A stretch of 64,000 nucleotides of DNA from Leucoraja ocellata (taxonomy: Eukaryota). Location: the NCBI GenBank assembly GCA_036785375.1, contig JAWMAR010000030.1, positions 1,984,001 to 2,048,000 on the forward strand. Reading direction: 5' to 3'. Positions 37,314 to 50,312 of this stretch are shown here, piece by piece. The translations under genes were made by a program, and so were the position numbers. Position 1 is the stretch's first letter; every line of letters starts with the position of its first letter. The notes beneath the pieces are model-generated. The model was not told where the DNA came from, did not search any database, and worked only from the letters and a program-made list of their open reading frames with translations.

Positions 37314-37465
37314 TGCCCCTGTCCCACTTAGGAAACCTGAACGAAAACTTCTGGAGACTTTGTGCCCCACCCAAGGTTTCTGTGCAATTCCCGGAGGTTC
37401 CCAAAGGTTTTTGTCAGTCTCCCTACCTGCTTCCACTACCTGCAACCTCCGGCAACCACCTGAAA
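37314..37465. mobile_element. Truncated MITE (related terminus) nested in an old hammerhead-family element (37280-37560)
   Basis: TAA then TGCCCCTGTCCCACTTAGG; host reads TTCTAATGAAAGGTCCCTGAATTGAAACA before and TCTTTCCATAGATGCTGCCTGACCTGCTGA after. Confidence 0.7.
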
Positions 37466-38194
37466 CCATTACTCTACTTCTCTTTCCATAGATGCTGCCT
37501 GACCTGCTGATTCTTTCAGTTCTATTTCAGAATTTCAGCATTTGTAGTTTTGTTTATTTTCAAAGCACATCTTATGTCACAAATAATATTATACAATGCA
37601 TGATACCAAGATACCAAGGCACTCGAAAATGTGCACAAAATTGCTCATCTGTAGATGAGCAAGTATTGCAAATATAGGTTTATCAAGTGCTGAACTACTT
37701 TGTTTTTTCCTTTTAACCAAATGTCCTTCACATGCATCACAGAATGTTATTAATAGAAGGCTTGCATTAGCTTTGAATTAATAATCCAATTGCACATCTT
37801 CTGAACATTGGAAAATATACAACAGACTCAGCATTTTCTTAATGTAAACTTTTCAAACTATTAAAATTTAGAATCAGTATTTTTTTTTTTGTGTGTATTT
37901 TGTTACATCAATGGTCCCTGAATTAAAACAACAACATTATTTTTGAGTCCAACTTATTCATCAGTGATACTCCACTAATTTATTATCTTTAGGGTAGAAT
38001 ATTTCAAGATGTTCAGATGTTTCTCAACATTCATTGCATACATTGTGCGCCATAAATGGTGTTACAGCATTGAACATGGATACATTTTATTCCTTGGAAA
38101 TATATAATTTGTCATTAATAGAACTGGCTTCCCATTCCAAAGACTGTATTTCCAATTACAAAAATGTCCATCGTCTTTCACAGCTTACAAACCT

Positions 38195-38356
38195 CCAAAG
38201 CCCTTGATAAGCAATGAAGTATTATACCGTTGAATTGCAATCAATGTTCTCATGTGAGAATGTTGTAATGTTATGAGTGCAGTTTGAGCATTGTAAGACC
38301 CCACAGAGAACAATGAGATAATCATCAGATAATTACTTGGCTGAGGGATAAATACA
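38195..38356 (-). mobile_element. Deu-domain SINE 3' half
   Basis: CCAAAGC..GCAATGAAGTA..TGTTGTAATGT..AAGACCCCACA..CAATGAGATAAT..CAGATAAT..TGAGGGATAAATA. Confidence 0.6.
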
Positions 38357-39327
38357 CTTTTAAAATCTAAACATACTATATCTCCTTTGCAACCAAACAA
38401 AATGCGTCAAATGCTCTATGCATTTCTCTTCTTTTAAGACTGGTTTTACAACCACAATGACAGTGCATGATTGTTACTGAATTGATTTACTTTCCATTGA
38501 AGGCATGTAATAGACCCCAACACGCGATCAGGGAGTTGTAACTCGCAGCTCATCAGCCAGCCGACACTGTTTATTGATCAGAAAACAGATTGTGTTCATG
38601 ATATTGCAATGAGATATTTTAATTACTGTTGTACATTGCACCCCGACCTCCAGTCCATTAGTACAGAATTAACCTCCATGCGTGACTCTGAAGCAGTGGA
38701 AACCTTGACTAGTCTGCCTTGTAAAAGTACCACTGTCATCAATACCAAAAATCAATAGTCAATAGTTGTAGATTCTCACATTCAAAATGCTTCCAATTTT
38801 GCTTAACAAAGACCTCTTAAGCAAATTTCACAAATGCCAATAACTCATCATTGGCTTTGTTTGTACACCAATATCCAGTAGTAATATTCATGACATTTGA
38901 GGCTGCAAGATCGTGTAGAGAACTATAATTACTGTTGTAACACCCATTAAATTCAATTAAGTTCAAACCAGATAGATTATGCGATTGGGAAAGAGACTGA
39001 AAGTTCATTTTACCTGATCGAAATGAGCGGATCAATTTCATCATGGGCATCGTAGTTGTTATGGAGCTGCTTGTTCGGGAACAGGAGAACTTCATACAGC
39101 AACAATTATGCCCAATGTAAACCAGCACCTGCAGTTCTTTGTCTATACTCATTGCATCCTGTATTAGCATTTAGGATGTTAGTGGTATAGGCAAGTTCAA
39201 GGCCACATGTCATTATCTTAAACCAATCTGTCAGTGAAGAGCCTAACTTAGCAATGTATTTTTACAATTTAATGGGTTGAAAAGTTATATTAGTGACATT
39301 TTATCATATTATTACAAAATATATTAA

Positions 39328-39416
39328 AAGGGTTTCAACCCGAAACGTTGCCTATTTCCTTCGATCCATAGATGCTGCCTCACACGCTGAGTTTCTCCAG
39401 CATTTTTGTCTACCTT
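39328..39416 (+). mobile_element. Hammerhead-family element, 5'-truncated within the core
   Basis: AAGGGTTTCAACCCGAAACGTTGCCTATTTCCTTCG..TTTTGTCTACCTT. Confidence 0.85.
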
Positions 39417-39749
39417 AAAAGAATTCCTGTTACTTTTTATTCCAAGATTCCTTATTTTTTGACATAAAATATTAATAATCGAGTAGTTGAATAACGTGTG
39501 TAAAAGAAAAACAAGGACTATAGTTCTAAAATAATCCGATTTGTTTATTTTGGTAAGGAAATTCATAGTTGATAAATTTGATTTAAATCTTTATGTTGGT
39601 ACAATGAGGATCAATGGGGTAGAACGTTTGATGTGGTCTACATGACTTCAGCAAGGCTTTTTACAAAACCATGCTTGCAAAACTCTACACAACGTGGACT
39701 GACAAATGTGGACCAATATTGGTTCTGTGACAGGAAGTAGAGAATGATA

Positions 39750-39912
39750 AAAGCTGAAAAATATTGGAAACACTCAGCAGGTTAAGCAGCATCTGTGGGA
39801 AGAGAAACAGAGTTGATGATTCAGCTCTGAAGCCGTTTGTCAGATGTAGATCTCAGAACTGCTGAATGGTTCCATGATGTTCTGCCTTTTTTAGATTACT
39901 AGCATCTGCTTT
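39750..39912. mobile_element. Old hammerhead-family element
   Basis: GGAAACACTCAGCAGGTTAAGCAGCATCTGTGGGAAGAGAAACAGAGTT..TAGCATCTGC. Confidence 0.65.
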
Positions 39913-40631
39913 CCTTTCAGCAAAGGATAATCATGGACAATTTACAATTGATGTTAATTTTGTTTTGTTTTTAATTGGAAATCAGTGGACACAAAACATT
40001 CATCTTCAGACATATAGAACCCATTGTCAGCTTATAAATTTACACAGCCGATTTACGCAGATATCCCAATACATTTAGAGTAGGTTTGGTTCACAATATT
40101 TACAGGGTCACAGTAAATGAACGTCTGAACGTGTGAGGACTCCTGACAGAATGAGCAAATTGAAACAGTGTTGAAAGTTGCAGGATAATGTTAGCCTGAG
40201 GACAGAAAAAGACTGCATAAAAACAGCCAACAAAGATTGCTAGTCACTTCTAACCAATTAATAAAAATAACCTTTTTCCAAAGGAAAAGGTCAAAATACA
40301 CCACCAGTTTACATTTAACTCTCTCCTATATAGGTTAGGTTGCAAAACAAAAGGAAACACATAAACACTATTAATAAAACAAATATGCATGAATGTGCAG
40401 CAGACTGCTTCTGCCACACTTCTCCAGTGGCTCATGTTCCACCCTGACCTTAGATGCTGACTGTGGAATTTGCACGTTCTTCAAGTGACAGTATTGATTT
40501 CCCAAGGGGGCTCCAGTTTCCTCCAATATCCCGAAGCATCCTAGTAGATTAACTATTCCGCAGTGTAAGTGGGTGGCAAGAGCATTAAGACTGTGTTAAT
40601 TGGCAGGCAAAGGAGAATAGGAGAAAGAAAT

Positions 40632-40650
40632 GGGGGGGGGGGGGGGGGGG
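40632..40650 (+). repeat. Poly-G run within an old SINE (about 40400-40710)
   Basis: G19 homopolymer. Confidence 0.9.
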
Positions 40651-40907
40651 CTACAGATGGTCTGCTCTGAGAAATGGCATACATTCAATGGGTCTCCTAT
40701 GCTGTAACAAAATATGGCAATTATTGAAAATACATAGTAAGATTATAAGAATATGAAAGAAAAGATTTTTGATATCCCAGGATAGAATAAATGGGTGGCA
40801 TTTTGGGTCGAGGCCTTTCTTCAGACTGAGAGTCAGGGGTACCCCAACGTCACACAATTTTGACATCCTCTACTAATGTCAACCAATTTTATCTCAATGA
40901 GCTTCCA

Positions 40908-41290
40908 TGTTAGCTTTGGCTCAGCTGATGGTATATTCATCTCTGAGTCACATATGTCAGAAATTTGAGTCCTGTAGCAGAAATGTGAACAGTATTGGGG
41001 AAGTACCTTCCATCTGAATGGGACATTGAGCTAAGAACCTGCCTGCCTGCCTGCCTGCTCTCATGTTACTGCGGTAAAGCTCCCACAGTACTTCAGAAAG
41101 AAAAATGAGAATTCTCTCAATGTTCTGGCTAATCTTTCTTATTCAACTAAAGGTCAGTTCAGCTTATCATTCATCTCACTACCATCTCTCGATTCTGCTC
41201 CATGGATGTTATCTATTTGCCAACACAAGAGCAGCAACAATTCATAAGTACAATTCATAGCAGATATTATTGAGAGATAAGATTAAGCCC
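40908..41290 (+). mobile_element. Deu-domain SINE (SacSINE1-like), old
   Basis: Head GGCTCAGCTGATGG..CTCTGAGTCA, core GAATGGGACATTGAGC..AAAGCTCCCACAGTAC..GTTCTGGCTAATCTTT; includes a (CCTG)n expansion. Confidence 0.6.
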
Positions 41291-41985
41291 TACTCCTTTT
41301 ATTTAATAAGATTGTATAAATTATTAATTTTGCAATATCTAATCATAAGTGAAATTTAAAATAAATAATAAATAATCAAAGTTAAAATGAAGAGGTTTTT
41401 TTAAATGGAAACTCAAACCATTCTTCCTAGAAATCACAGCATCATCAGAAAATAGCAGAAAATATCTGTCGGCCCATTATCTCTAATTGGAGATACACAT
41501 GACTTAACTTAATTTGTAAATGCTGTGTTTTGGTAGATTAAGAACACTGTATGCTTATTACATTAGCAAATGACATTGTAGAAGCTTACCATCCTTCGAG
41601 TGCACACTATACGAGATATTCGGCTATAAGACAAAGCTTTTCTTCCTTGTTTTGTAAAACATTCGCTGTAAGTTGAAGACAACTTTGAGATAAAGAAGTT
41701 TTCATTCAGAAAGCTTTTTCTACCAGTGACAAAATAGGATCGTTTCCAGTTATCATTGACTTCAAATAGGAAAACAATATCCCCGAATACCCCGTTTATT
41801 TACTTTTCTTCAAAATCTATAATCTCTGACACATTGTCATCTCATCTCAGCTGACAGGGTGAAGTATCTTGGTGTGTGGCGGTAAAGATTTGGTATTTCC
41901 CTGATGACCCAGCAATGGTACACAGCTGAAACCACTCAAACTAAATGAAGTAGGAACTCCATTCCCAGTCTGCACTAAGTCTGTG

Positions 41986-42066
41986 ATAGACAATAGACAG
42001 TAGGTGCAGGAGTAGGTCATTCGGCCCTTCGAGCCAGCACTGCCATTCAATGTGATCATGGTGATC
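41986..42066 (-). mobile_element. Young CR1 3' terminal fragment
   Basis: ATAGACAATAGACAGTAGGTGCAGGAGTAGGTCATTCGGCCCTTCGAGCC. Confidence 0.82.
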
Positions 42067-42502
42067 TGAGTAAATGGAATGATAGCAGGACCCAAACTGT
42101 ACCTCCTACACATCTTGATTTGGAAAAGGGAACCATTCAGCAGCCCTGGTGACAAATTCACACATGCAGCTACATCTGTTCTAAATACACGCTTTTTTCT
42201 GCCTGTGTCAAATCAAAATTAATTAAGTAATAATACATCGGAAGTTTCAGGCTGGCTGGTTGAAATATTAATGACGCTGGAATAACAGACCACGGGATAA
42301 ATGAACTCAATTATTCTGACTGCTGAATCATTCAAGCAAGATACTTCTCAGGAGAAAATAATAACTGAGCATTAATAGTCCCTTTTATAAGATAGGATAA
42401 CTGAATTTAAAATATAACTAACATTTGATTGAATTTGTGTACCAACAATTCACATCTTAAAATCTTTGATCTGCCTGGACGCTTTAATTCTGTAGGTTAA
42501 AA

Positions 42503-42514
42503 ACTGACGTCAGT
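42503..42514. promoter_or_regulatory. Palindromic CRE (TGACGTCA) in repeat-free sequence
   Basis: 12-bp palindrome ACTGACGTCAGT; function untested. Confidence 0.3.
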
Positions 42515-42693
42515 CAGGTGCAATTTTCCACCACAACAGCCCATTAAAACAGCTCATTAGGAACAAATCAGCATTGACGCATCCGAAAGAAGTATTTTTA
42601 ACTGTATTTATGTCTGTAAATTGAAATCAAGTTTTACACCTTAGTTTTCTTATTGCACCATTATAACTAAGTATTATAATTCCCCAACAGCAC

Positions 42694-42988
42694 TAGTTTA
42701 GAGATACAGTGCGGAAACAGGCCCTTCGTCCTACCGAGTCTGCACCGACCAGCGATCACCCCGCACACTAGCACTATCCCAAACACTAGAGGCAATTTAC
42801 AATTTTTACCAAAGCTAAGTAACCTACAAACCTGTACGTCTTTGGAATGTGGGAGGAAACCGGAACACCTAGAGAAAACCCACGCGGTCACAGGGAGAAT
42901 GTACAAACTCCATTCAGACAGCACCCATAGTCAGGATCGAACCCGGGTCTCTGGCGCTGTAAGGCAGCAACTCTACCACAGTGTCGCC
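42694..42988 (-). mobile_element. HE1-type SINE, near full length
   Basis: Reverse complement of the consensus seen at 7712-8002. Confidence 0.92.
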
Positions 42989-43424
42989 TCATTGATCTGA
43001 CAATGTGTGTGGTGTTGTTTTGCAAAAAAAAACATGCAACAATCCAACAGAATCCTAATCCACGCAATGCAAGTATCTTGGGATAGAAGTCTGCTTTTGA
43101 GAAGTTGTTGTCAAAAGATAAAGGAACTCACACTGTCTTTAATTCAACGAAAATACCCAAAGAGTTTTACAAAGGGAAACATGAGGTTAAAATACTTTGC
43201 TGTTTATCCTTGTTACTGATTATTTAGGTGAATTATGTTTATATAGCAGGGATAAATCTAAAAGTGAACCAGTAATCAGAATGCCTGTTCTAATAAACAT
43301 TGAAATCAGTAAAAAGTTTGAAAAGAAAAGAATATATGTGAATACAATCAATCTGACCATGGTGCACGGTAAAGTGTACAACATTTGGTGCAAGATACAG
43401 TTTGAAAACATCAGATTAAAGATA

Positions 43425-43940
43425 GTTTAACGGTCTCCAATGATATAGATGGGAGGTCAGAACTACACTCCAGCTGGGCCCTTCAATTGCCTGATAACAG
43501 CTCGGAAGAAATTGGTCCTGAATCTGGAGGTGTGCGTTTTCAAATTTGCCTGATGAGTGAAGAGGGAGCGACCAAGGTGAGGCTGGTCCTTGATTATGCT
43601 GGCGACCTTGTCGAGGCAGCGTGAAGTGTAGATGGACTTCATGGAAGGGAGGCTGGTTTGTGTGATGGTCTGGTCTATAGCCGAAACTCTGCAATTTCTT
43701 GCGGTCTTGGTTGGAGCTGTTCCCAAGCAAGCTGTGAAGCATCCTGATAAGATGCTTTCCACGGCACATCTGTAGAAGTTAGTGAGGGTTGTTGGGGACA
43801 TGCCGAACATCTTAAGCCTTCCAAGGAAGTAAAGACATTGGTGTGCTTTATTGACATAGCTTCAATGTGGCTGGTGCAGGACAAATTGCTATTGATATTT
43901 ATTCTCTACTTCGACATCATCAATGTTAGCTGGGGTATTA
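43425..43940 (-). mobile_element. Rex1/Babar LINE C-terminal fragment
   Basis: MFGMSPTTLTNFYRCAVESILSGCFTA..LPSMKSIYTSRCLDKVASIIKD..HTSRFRTNFF. Confidence 0.9.
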
Positions 43941-44047
43941 TGTCCACTGATTCACTTCCAGATGTCAATCACAATCTTCTTTGCAGATTTTGCAGCATAG
44001 TGATACAGATCAAAGAAATGTCAAGACCAGACTTATTTTGTCACTTG

Positions 44048-44129
44048 TGTTCAAGAAGGAACTGCAGATGCTGGAAAATCGAAGGTACACAAAAATGCTG
44101 GAGAAACTCAGCGGGTGCAGCAGCATCTA
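44048..44129 (-). mobile_element. Hammerhead-family 3' terminal fragment with 10-bp TSD
   Basis: TTGTCACTTG at 44038-44047 and 44130-44139. Confidence 0.82.
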
Positions 44130-46372
44130 TTGTCACTTGGCACATCAATCATGGTTATAGACTTAAAAAAGAAACTGCTGGAGGAACTGAGTTGGTCATG
44201 TCAATCTGACCTGCTAAATTCATGCAGCAGTTAATTTTTTACTCAAGCTTACAGCATTGCAGTATGTTTTGTATCCATGGTAACAGCCATATTTGGTCTA
44301 TCAACAATCGGGATAATGTATAAACAGAGAGCAAACCTTAACAACCCTAATTTTGGATGTCTGGGTTCACTGTTCTCAGAAGCTTCTAGACAATCCACAT
44401 GAATTACTTTGTCCCACAAAGATGTATGAACATTCAGAAGTGTATTGTCAGTTATAATGTGGTACCAATGTAAATGTTATCCAATGGAACCATTTGTCTG
44501 ACTCAAACTCTCGAAGTAGAGAATGCCATTACTGTTATCAAAACGTATTGAATGAAGGAATGAATACTTTATTGTCACATGTGACAAGTCACTGTAAAAT
44601 CTTTGTTTTGCATACCCAGGGTATGCAAAGAGTCACCATATAAAGGGCACCAACAAAGTTACTCAAGAGTTTCAAAACTTGATGTGGTTTGAATTCAGAG
44701 AGATCCCACTGACAGTGTCTCCGACAGAATGTCTGCTCGTAATACCTTTTGTATCCACGAGCTTCAGCCTCTGAGTGGCTTGGTTCGATTAAATCATGCA
44801 ATGTCATCATATTTTCCTTCACTGAAGCTAAATGCCACAGGAAGTAAAGGAGCAAACAGATATAAACAAATTTGGACAAAGTTCAGATTTCCATTAATTC
44901 TTACTTTGATAATCCGAGAAGAATAGTGAGCCTCTATTTACAAAAATATGTTAGTGACAGGAAGAACTTAAAAGGAAAAAAGGCCTTATGTTGCAGTTTC
45001 TCAGATGACTTAGCAAATCTTCACCGTCCAAGACTGAACTGATATTTGCTTTTAAAGTCCATTATTTCCATTAGTCCCTGAGGTAACTTAATGCATCTTA
45101 AAAATGAACACGGAGTGGGGGGTAGGGGGCTCCACGTTATGAAGTACGCAAAACTATTGAAATCGGAAACACTGACTAAGTGATCCGAGCAAGTGCACTG
45201 TTTATTGCTGATTAAGTGGAAGGGTGACAGTGATGGATGGCAACCATTTTCCGCAGTTTGACAAAATAGACCACCTCACCATGGTTCAATCCATGGCTTT
45301 GCAACCAATACCCAAATCTCAAAATATGAAATGGATTGCTGAACATATAGAGAGTGCACAAACCAGTTTTGTCGTAAGGTCCTCGACCTGAAACGTTGTT
45401 TCACTCTCTATATTCATTGCATGATTTAGTGAGCATTTCTGGCATTCTTTTGTGCACTTTTGCATAACCTCAAGTTAAATTCCCCAGAATGTTAGGTTAT
45501 GAAGTGAATTTTTTCAAGACATTAAACCTTGGGGAGGGCAAATGGATCATATAAATGTGGTCGAGTAAAGAAAATATTTTTGCTGCTTGGCAAGTTGAGC
45601 CGTGGGGAGAATAATATAAAGATTAGTCAGGACTTGCGATTCAATTGGAACCATACAGAGGATGAAATTTCATATTCTGCAAATAGTAATTCGTGCTGGA
45701 CTACTTAATAATTTCAGATGTGAGATTGACAGATATTTGTATAATGTTAAGAAAAAATGGAGGCATCTGGAATTAAGTCGTAGATGAGTCCCCACTGTAA
45801 CATGCAGTGCAAGTTCAAGGGGTGTAATTGCATATACCCGTTCCAATGAACATATATGGTGTGTAGACTACAATTCAGACCGCAGACAGTCTATATTTAA
45901 AGCATTATCTCAAAATATTGGGGCATTTGTTAGTGTCTGTGGTATATCAGAAGAGGCAACAATGGGCCAGACTCAGAGGTTCAGCAGCTGCAGGTACATT
46001 ATTTACCATTGAGACATTAAAGAAAGCCTTTTGGCCCATTGTGGTCGAGGTGTTCAAAAACTTGTGCAGTATTGAGGGAGTACACAGCACCACAAGTATA
46101 AGCATCCTGTTGATTAACCAAGGCCACAAATGCCTGGCATCAATCAATATCCCATTAAGACCATGGATCTGTATTTATTACAGTGCAATGGAGTTATTTA
46201 AATAAAAGCTACTGACCATTGCTCAAAAGAAAGGACTTTGGAACATGGAACAGATTTTTCCAATTGATTCAATCAAACTAATTTAGACAAGGTCAGGCTG
46301 AAAATTTTTTTTTTTTTAAAAGGTGAGTGCATTAACTCTACTGATATCTATGATGACCAATAGATCTTAAGT

Positions 46373-46495
46373 TTAAAAGGAACTGCAGATGTTGGAAAAA
46401 TCGAAGGTAGATGAAAATGCTGGAGAAACACAGCGGGTGAGGCAGCATCTATGGAGCGAAGGAATAGGTGACGTTTTGGATCTTCAGACTTACTC
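46373..46495 (-). mobile_element. Hammerhead-family element with 11-bp TSD
   Basis: AGATCTTAAGT at 46362-46372 and 46496-46506. Confidence 0.85.
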
Positions 46496-47797
46496 AGATC
46501 TTAAGTAATAAATATTGGCATCTGAACAAAGGGCCAGGTCCTTGCAACTTTAAAACAAACCCCAACTCGGCATATCTATTCAGTTTCTAACTAATATTAT
46601 GGGACAAGTAAGAACTAATTAAAAATGAGATCTACATACCTCTTTCAGACTACATTAAGGTGGATAAATAATGATCTACCCTGATTTAAGAAGGGTAGCA
46701 AGGAGAAACCAGGGAATGTAGGAGTCCAAGTACAAAGAAAGACACTAATGCTAGAGTAACTCAGTAGGTCAGGCATATATTTACAGTATATACTACCTAT
46801 CTGTCATCTCCACAACTTATATTCCTGCTTAGTTTTGTGTCACTGCCAAACTTAGATATATTATATTAATCTCTTCAGCCCTACGGTTGATATAGATTGT
46901 GATTAGTCAGAGCCAAGGTCTGGTCTCTGCGATATCTCACTGGTCACAGTCTCCTAATTTGAGAAGGATCAATTTATCGCTCCTCTTACTTAGCTGGTGT
47001 CAGAGGGGGAGGGGTGAATTGAATTAGAGAAATTGTAATATTGAAATCAATATGTTACTCTGCTGTAAATAAATGGGTGGGATTGAATAGCTTCTGTAAT
47101 AATTTATGACCTTGAGTCACAGATTATTCTTCACCTTAAGCATCAAAAGAAAAATAACTGCACCAATGAGCCACTGAAATTGCCACATATTGTTAGTCCA
47201 TTATTATAGAATGAGGTGCTACTATTAAAATGGATACGAAGCATTATAAAGTGAGCATTGACTCTAGTGCACTTAGTGAAATACAATGAATGTGCCACCT
47301 TATTTCCAGTTGTTATAAACTGAAAGTGGCTTGTTCATCTTTTCCTAACTAAAGACTATCTAAAAACATCAAAGTTTCAAAAACAACATTTGCAGACATG
47401 CCTTCAGGCAGGCTATCATTGTTGGAGCCTTAACAAATTAACGATAATCTATTAAACCTGAAGGGGCAGTAAATTCAGAGTTAATACACTTTGTCACTTG
47501 ACTATGAATGAAAAAAAGGAGCTGATGTTTCTTTATTGAGTGGCAGGCAATGCAAAATTAGCTCCTCCATTCAGCCGTTACCTAAACTGAATGCATTATT
47601 GATTAGCTGAGAGAATGAACACTGGGCTCAAGCTGGCAATCTGCAGGCGTTCATCTCTTTGAGAAGCAGCAAGCCAACACTTTGATGAGTTTGGTGTAAC
47701 GTCGAGAGGAACTGGGGATCAGGAGGTGAGGTTTTGACAAATTTGCCCAATGACTAGAAGGGATTCATTGATCTGTTCAACAGGTTGTCTTTATTTA

Positions 47798-47993
47798 GGA
47801 AGGAACTGCAGATGCTGGTTTAAACCGAAGATAGACACAAAATGCTGGACAGGCAGCATCTCTGGAGAGAAGGAATGGGTAAAGCTTCGGGTCGAGATCC
47901 TTCTTCAGACTCCATAGTCTGTCACTCACCCATTCCTTCTCTCCAGAGATGTTGCCTGTCCTGCTGAGTTACTCCAATATTTTGTGTCTATCT
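47798..47993. mobile_element. Palindromic hammerhead-family element
   Basis: Inverted arms joined at about 47910-47925; flanks CAGGTTGTCTTTATTTA / CAGGTTGTTTTTGTTCA. Confidence 0.85.
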
Positions 47994-48919
47994 CAGGTTG
48001 TTTTTGTTCATTATGCAAAGAAAGGTCATGCCTTAATTAAGGAAACACAATGAATTCAATTGGGTCATAAGCATTTAGAGCAAATGATTCTTGATGCACT
48101 CACACACTTACAAATTATGTTTATTCCCTGTTTACTTTATTTTCATCTCGATTAATCAATTTAATCGTGACACAAATGGACATACAAATGTGGCCCCTTA
48201 CAGTGTAATGCATTGCTGAATAGCCAACTTACAGACTGAGCTGGAAAATTTACCAGACAACTCAAAGTACCGCTGCTCAACTGAGCATATTTATGCCCCT
48301 ACACCATAGTTGTTTATTTCAACCTTACTTCCAAGTAATTATTGATCCCTAATTAGATTTCCAAATTCAACCCTAAAAGGACAGTTTTGTGCTTGGATCT
48401 AGCAATGGTATTCAGGCACTTTGCACTATTCCAGCAGATGCATGAATATTTTTGTGTCATTATTTACATTATGGTGAATCTGAAATGGAACAAATGGAGC
48501 AATTCTATTGTCATTGCAGAATAATCTTGTAATAAGGGATAGTTTCAAAATATATAGGGTATAGAAGCATAAATCGGAGTATTATCAGTGCAAAGTGATA
48601 GGAACCGTGACAATTTTGTACCAGAGAGGTCTGATCCTTATCTGTGTCCAGACCATCACTAATTTGATAGATGCCTTTTTAGTATGGTGCTTACTGTCAA
48701 CACTAACATCAATTTCAACATTTAATTGAGATTTATGTTTATTTCCAAACAAATTTCCTAAATTCACAAATATTTCCTAACTTTTAAGGCCCAATTAGTG
48801 TCAATATAATATGAAGATAATCAAAACAAACGGGGACAAAGCAATGAACCTAATTATATTTATATAATATTACAAGCCTTGCACACTTCCTGTGTGTTCT
48901 GCCACACTTCACTGAAGGT

Positions 48920-49043
48920 GTCAGTGGTTATGGGGGAAAAGGCAGGAGAAAGGGGTTGAGAGGGAACGATAGATCAGCCATGATTGAATGGCGAGTAAAC
49001 TTGATGGGCCAAATGGCCTAATTCTGCTCCTATAACTTATGAA
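48920..49043 (+). mobile_element. CR1 3' terminal fragment
   Basis: GGTTATGGGGGAAAAGGCAGG..GATCAGCCATGATTGAATGGCG..ATGGGCCAAATGGCCTAATTCTGCTCCTAT. Confidence 0.85.
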
Positions 49044-49495
49044 TCAATTATGCCTATACAGTATTGTTAGAAACATCACCCTAAGATTGAATGAGAACAG
49101 CAGCATAGAGGCCAGATTATGTTATAATCTAAAACATATATTATTCTCTTTCCACGGTCAAGTGGTAATTAGAATTTTTAAATGGGTTAACGTGGGGGAA
49201 ATTAATGAGTGTGATTAATTTTTCCCAGGTTTGCTGGTTTGAAATGGCTTCTTTCCCTTGATTGTGATTATGGCTGCACAATGATCTCCTGGGAGATGAA
49301 CCATGAGAAACAGTTCAACCTGTGCAAATCTAACTAGCCATTGGCTTCAGATGCATAAAAGTCACCTGTAATGATCAGAAAAAGAATAAAATTGTGTAAT
49401 TATCCACCATTTGAAGACTAATTATTATTCCACTGTCAGACTGTATCAAAAGAAGCCTCGGATACCACAGACCATTCGCAGCTAAGATCTGATTA

Positions 49496-49615
49496 TGGTT
49501 CTGATGAAAAACCTGAACCTGGACCTGAAACATGAACTGTTTCTCCTTCCACAGATGTTGCTGAACTGCTGAGCTTTCCAGCATTTTCCATTTTTGTTTC
49601 AGATTTCTGCATCTA
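49496..49615 (+). mobile_element. Old hammerhead-family element
   Basis: GGTTCTGATGAAAA..GGACCTGAAACATGAACTGTTTCTCCTTCCACAGATG..TTCCAGCATTTT. Confidence 0.7.
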
Positions 49616-49794
49616 TGTTTTTTTATATTTCATTTTCATCAAATTCTAGATATGTAGGATTCTATAGAATCGTCAGTGGTCGGTGGAATTGTGGCAAGAT
49701 GTTAGGAAAGATAGAACAGGCTGGTTTGCAGCATTTTGAACTGATGATACCTGGACAGTATTGTTAGAAGCATCCCCCTGAGACTATTAATCTT

Positions 49795-50312
49795 GAGCGG
49801 CATGGTGGTGCAGTGGTACAGATGCTGCCTTACAGCGCTTGCAGCGCCGGAGACCCGGGTTAGATCTAAGGGTGCTCTCTGGAATTCTCTGCCACAGAAG
49901 GTAGTTGAGGCCAGTTCATTGGCTATATTTAAGAGGGAGTTAGATGTGGCCCTTGTGGCTAAAGGTATCGGGGGTATGGAGAGAAGGCAGGTACAGGATA
50001 CTGAGTTGGATGATCAGCCATGATCATATTGAATGGCGGTGCAGGCTCGAAGGGCCGAATGCCCTACTCCTGCACCTATTTTCTATGTTTCTATGTACGG
50101 AGTTTGTATGTTCTCCCCGGGACCTGCGTGGGTTTTCTCTGAGATCTTTGGTTTCTTCCCACACTCCAAAGATGTCCGGGTATCTAGATTAATTGGCTTG
50201 GTTGATGTAAAAATTGTCCCTAGTGTGTGTAGGATAGAGTTAATATGTGGGGATCGCTGGTCAGTGCTGGACTTGAAGGGCCTGTTTCCACGCTGTATCT
50301 TTAAACTAAACT
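49795..50312 (+). mobile_element. HE1-type SINE containing a nested CR1 3' end (about 49881-50094)
   Basis: SINE head to GGGTGCTCTCT, then CR1 end (LWNSLPQKVVEASSLAIFKRELD..TTCTATGTTTCTATG), then the SINE resumes at TACGGAGTTTG. Confidence 0.9.

Noticed and set aside
39014-39128. Possible minus-strand exon ending CAG|GTAAAA
   Set aside because: The apparent acceptor lies in a hammerhead-family terminal fragment and the peptide is unrecognised
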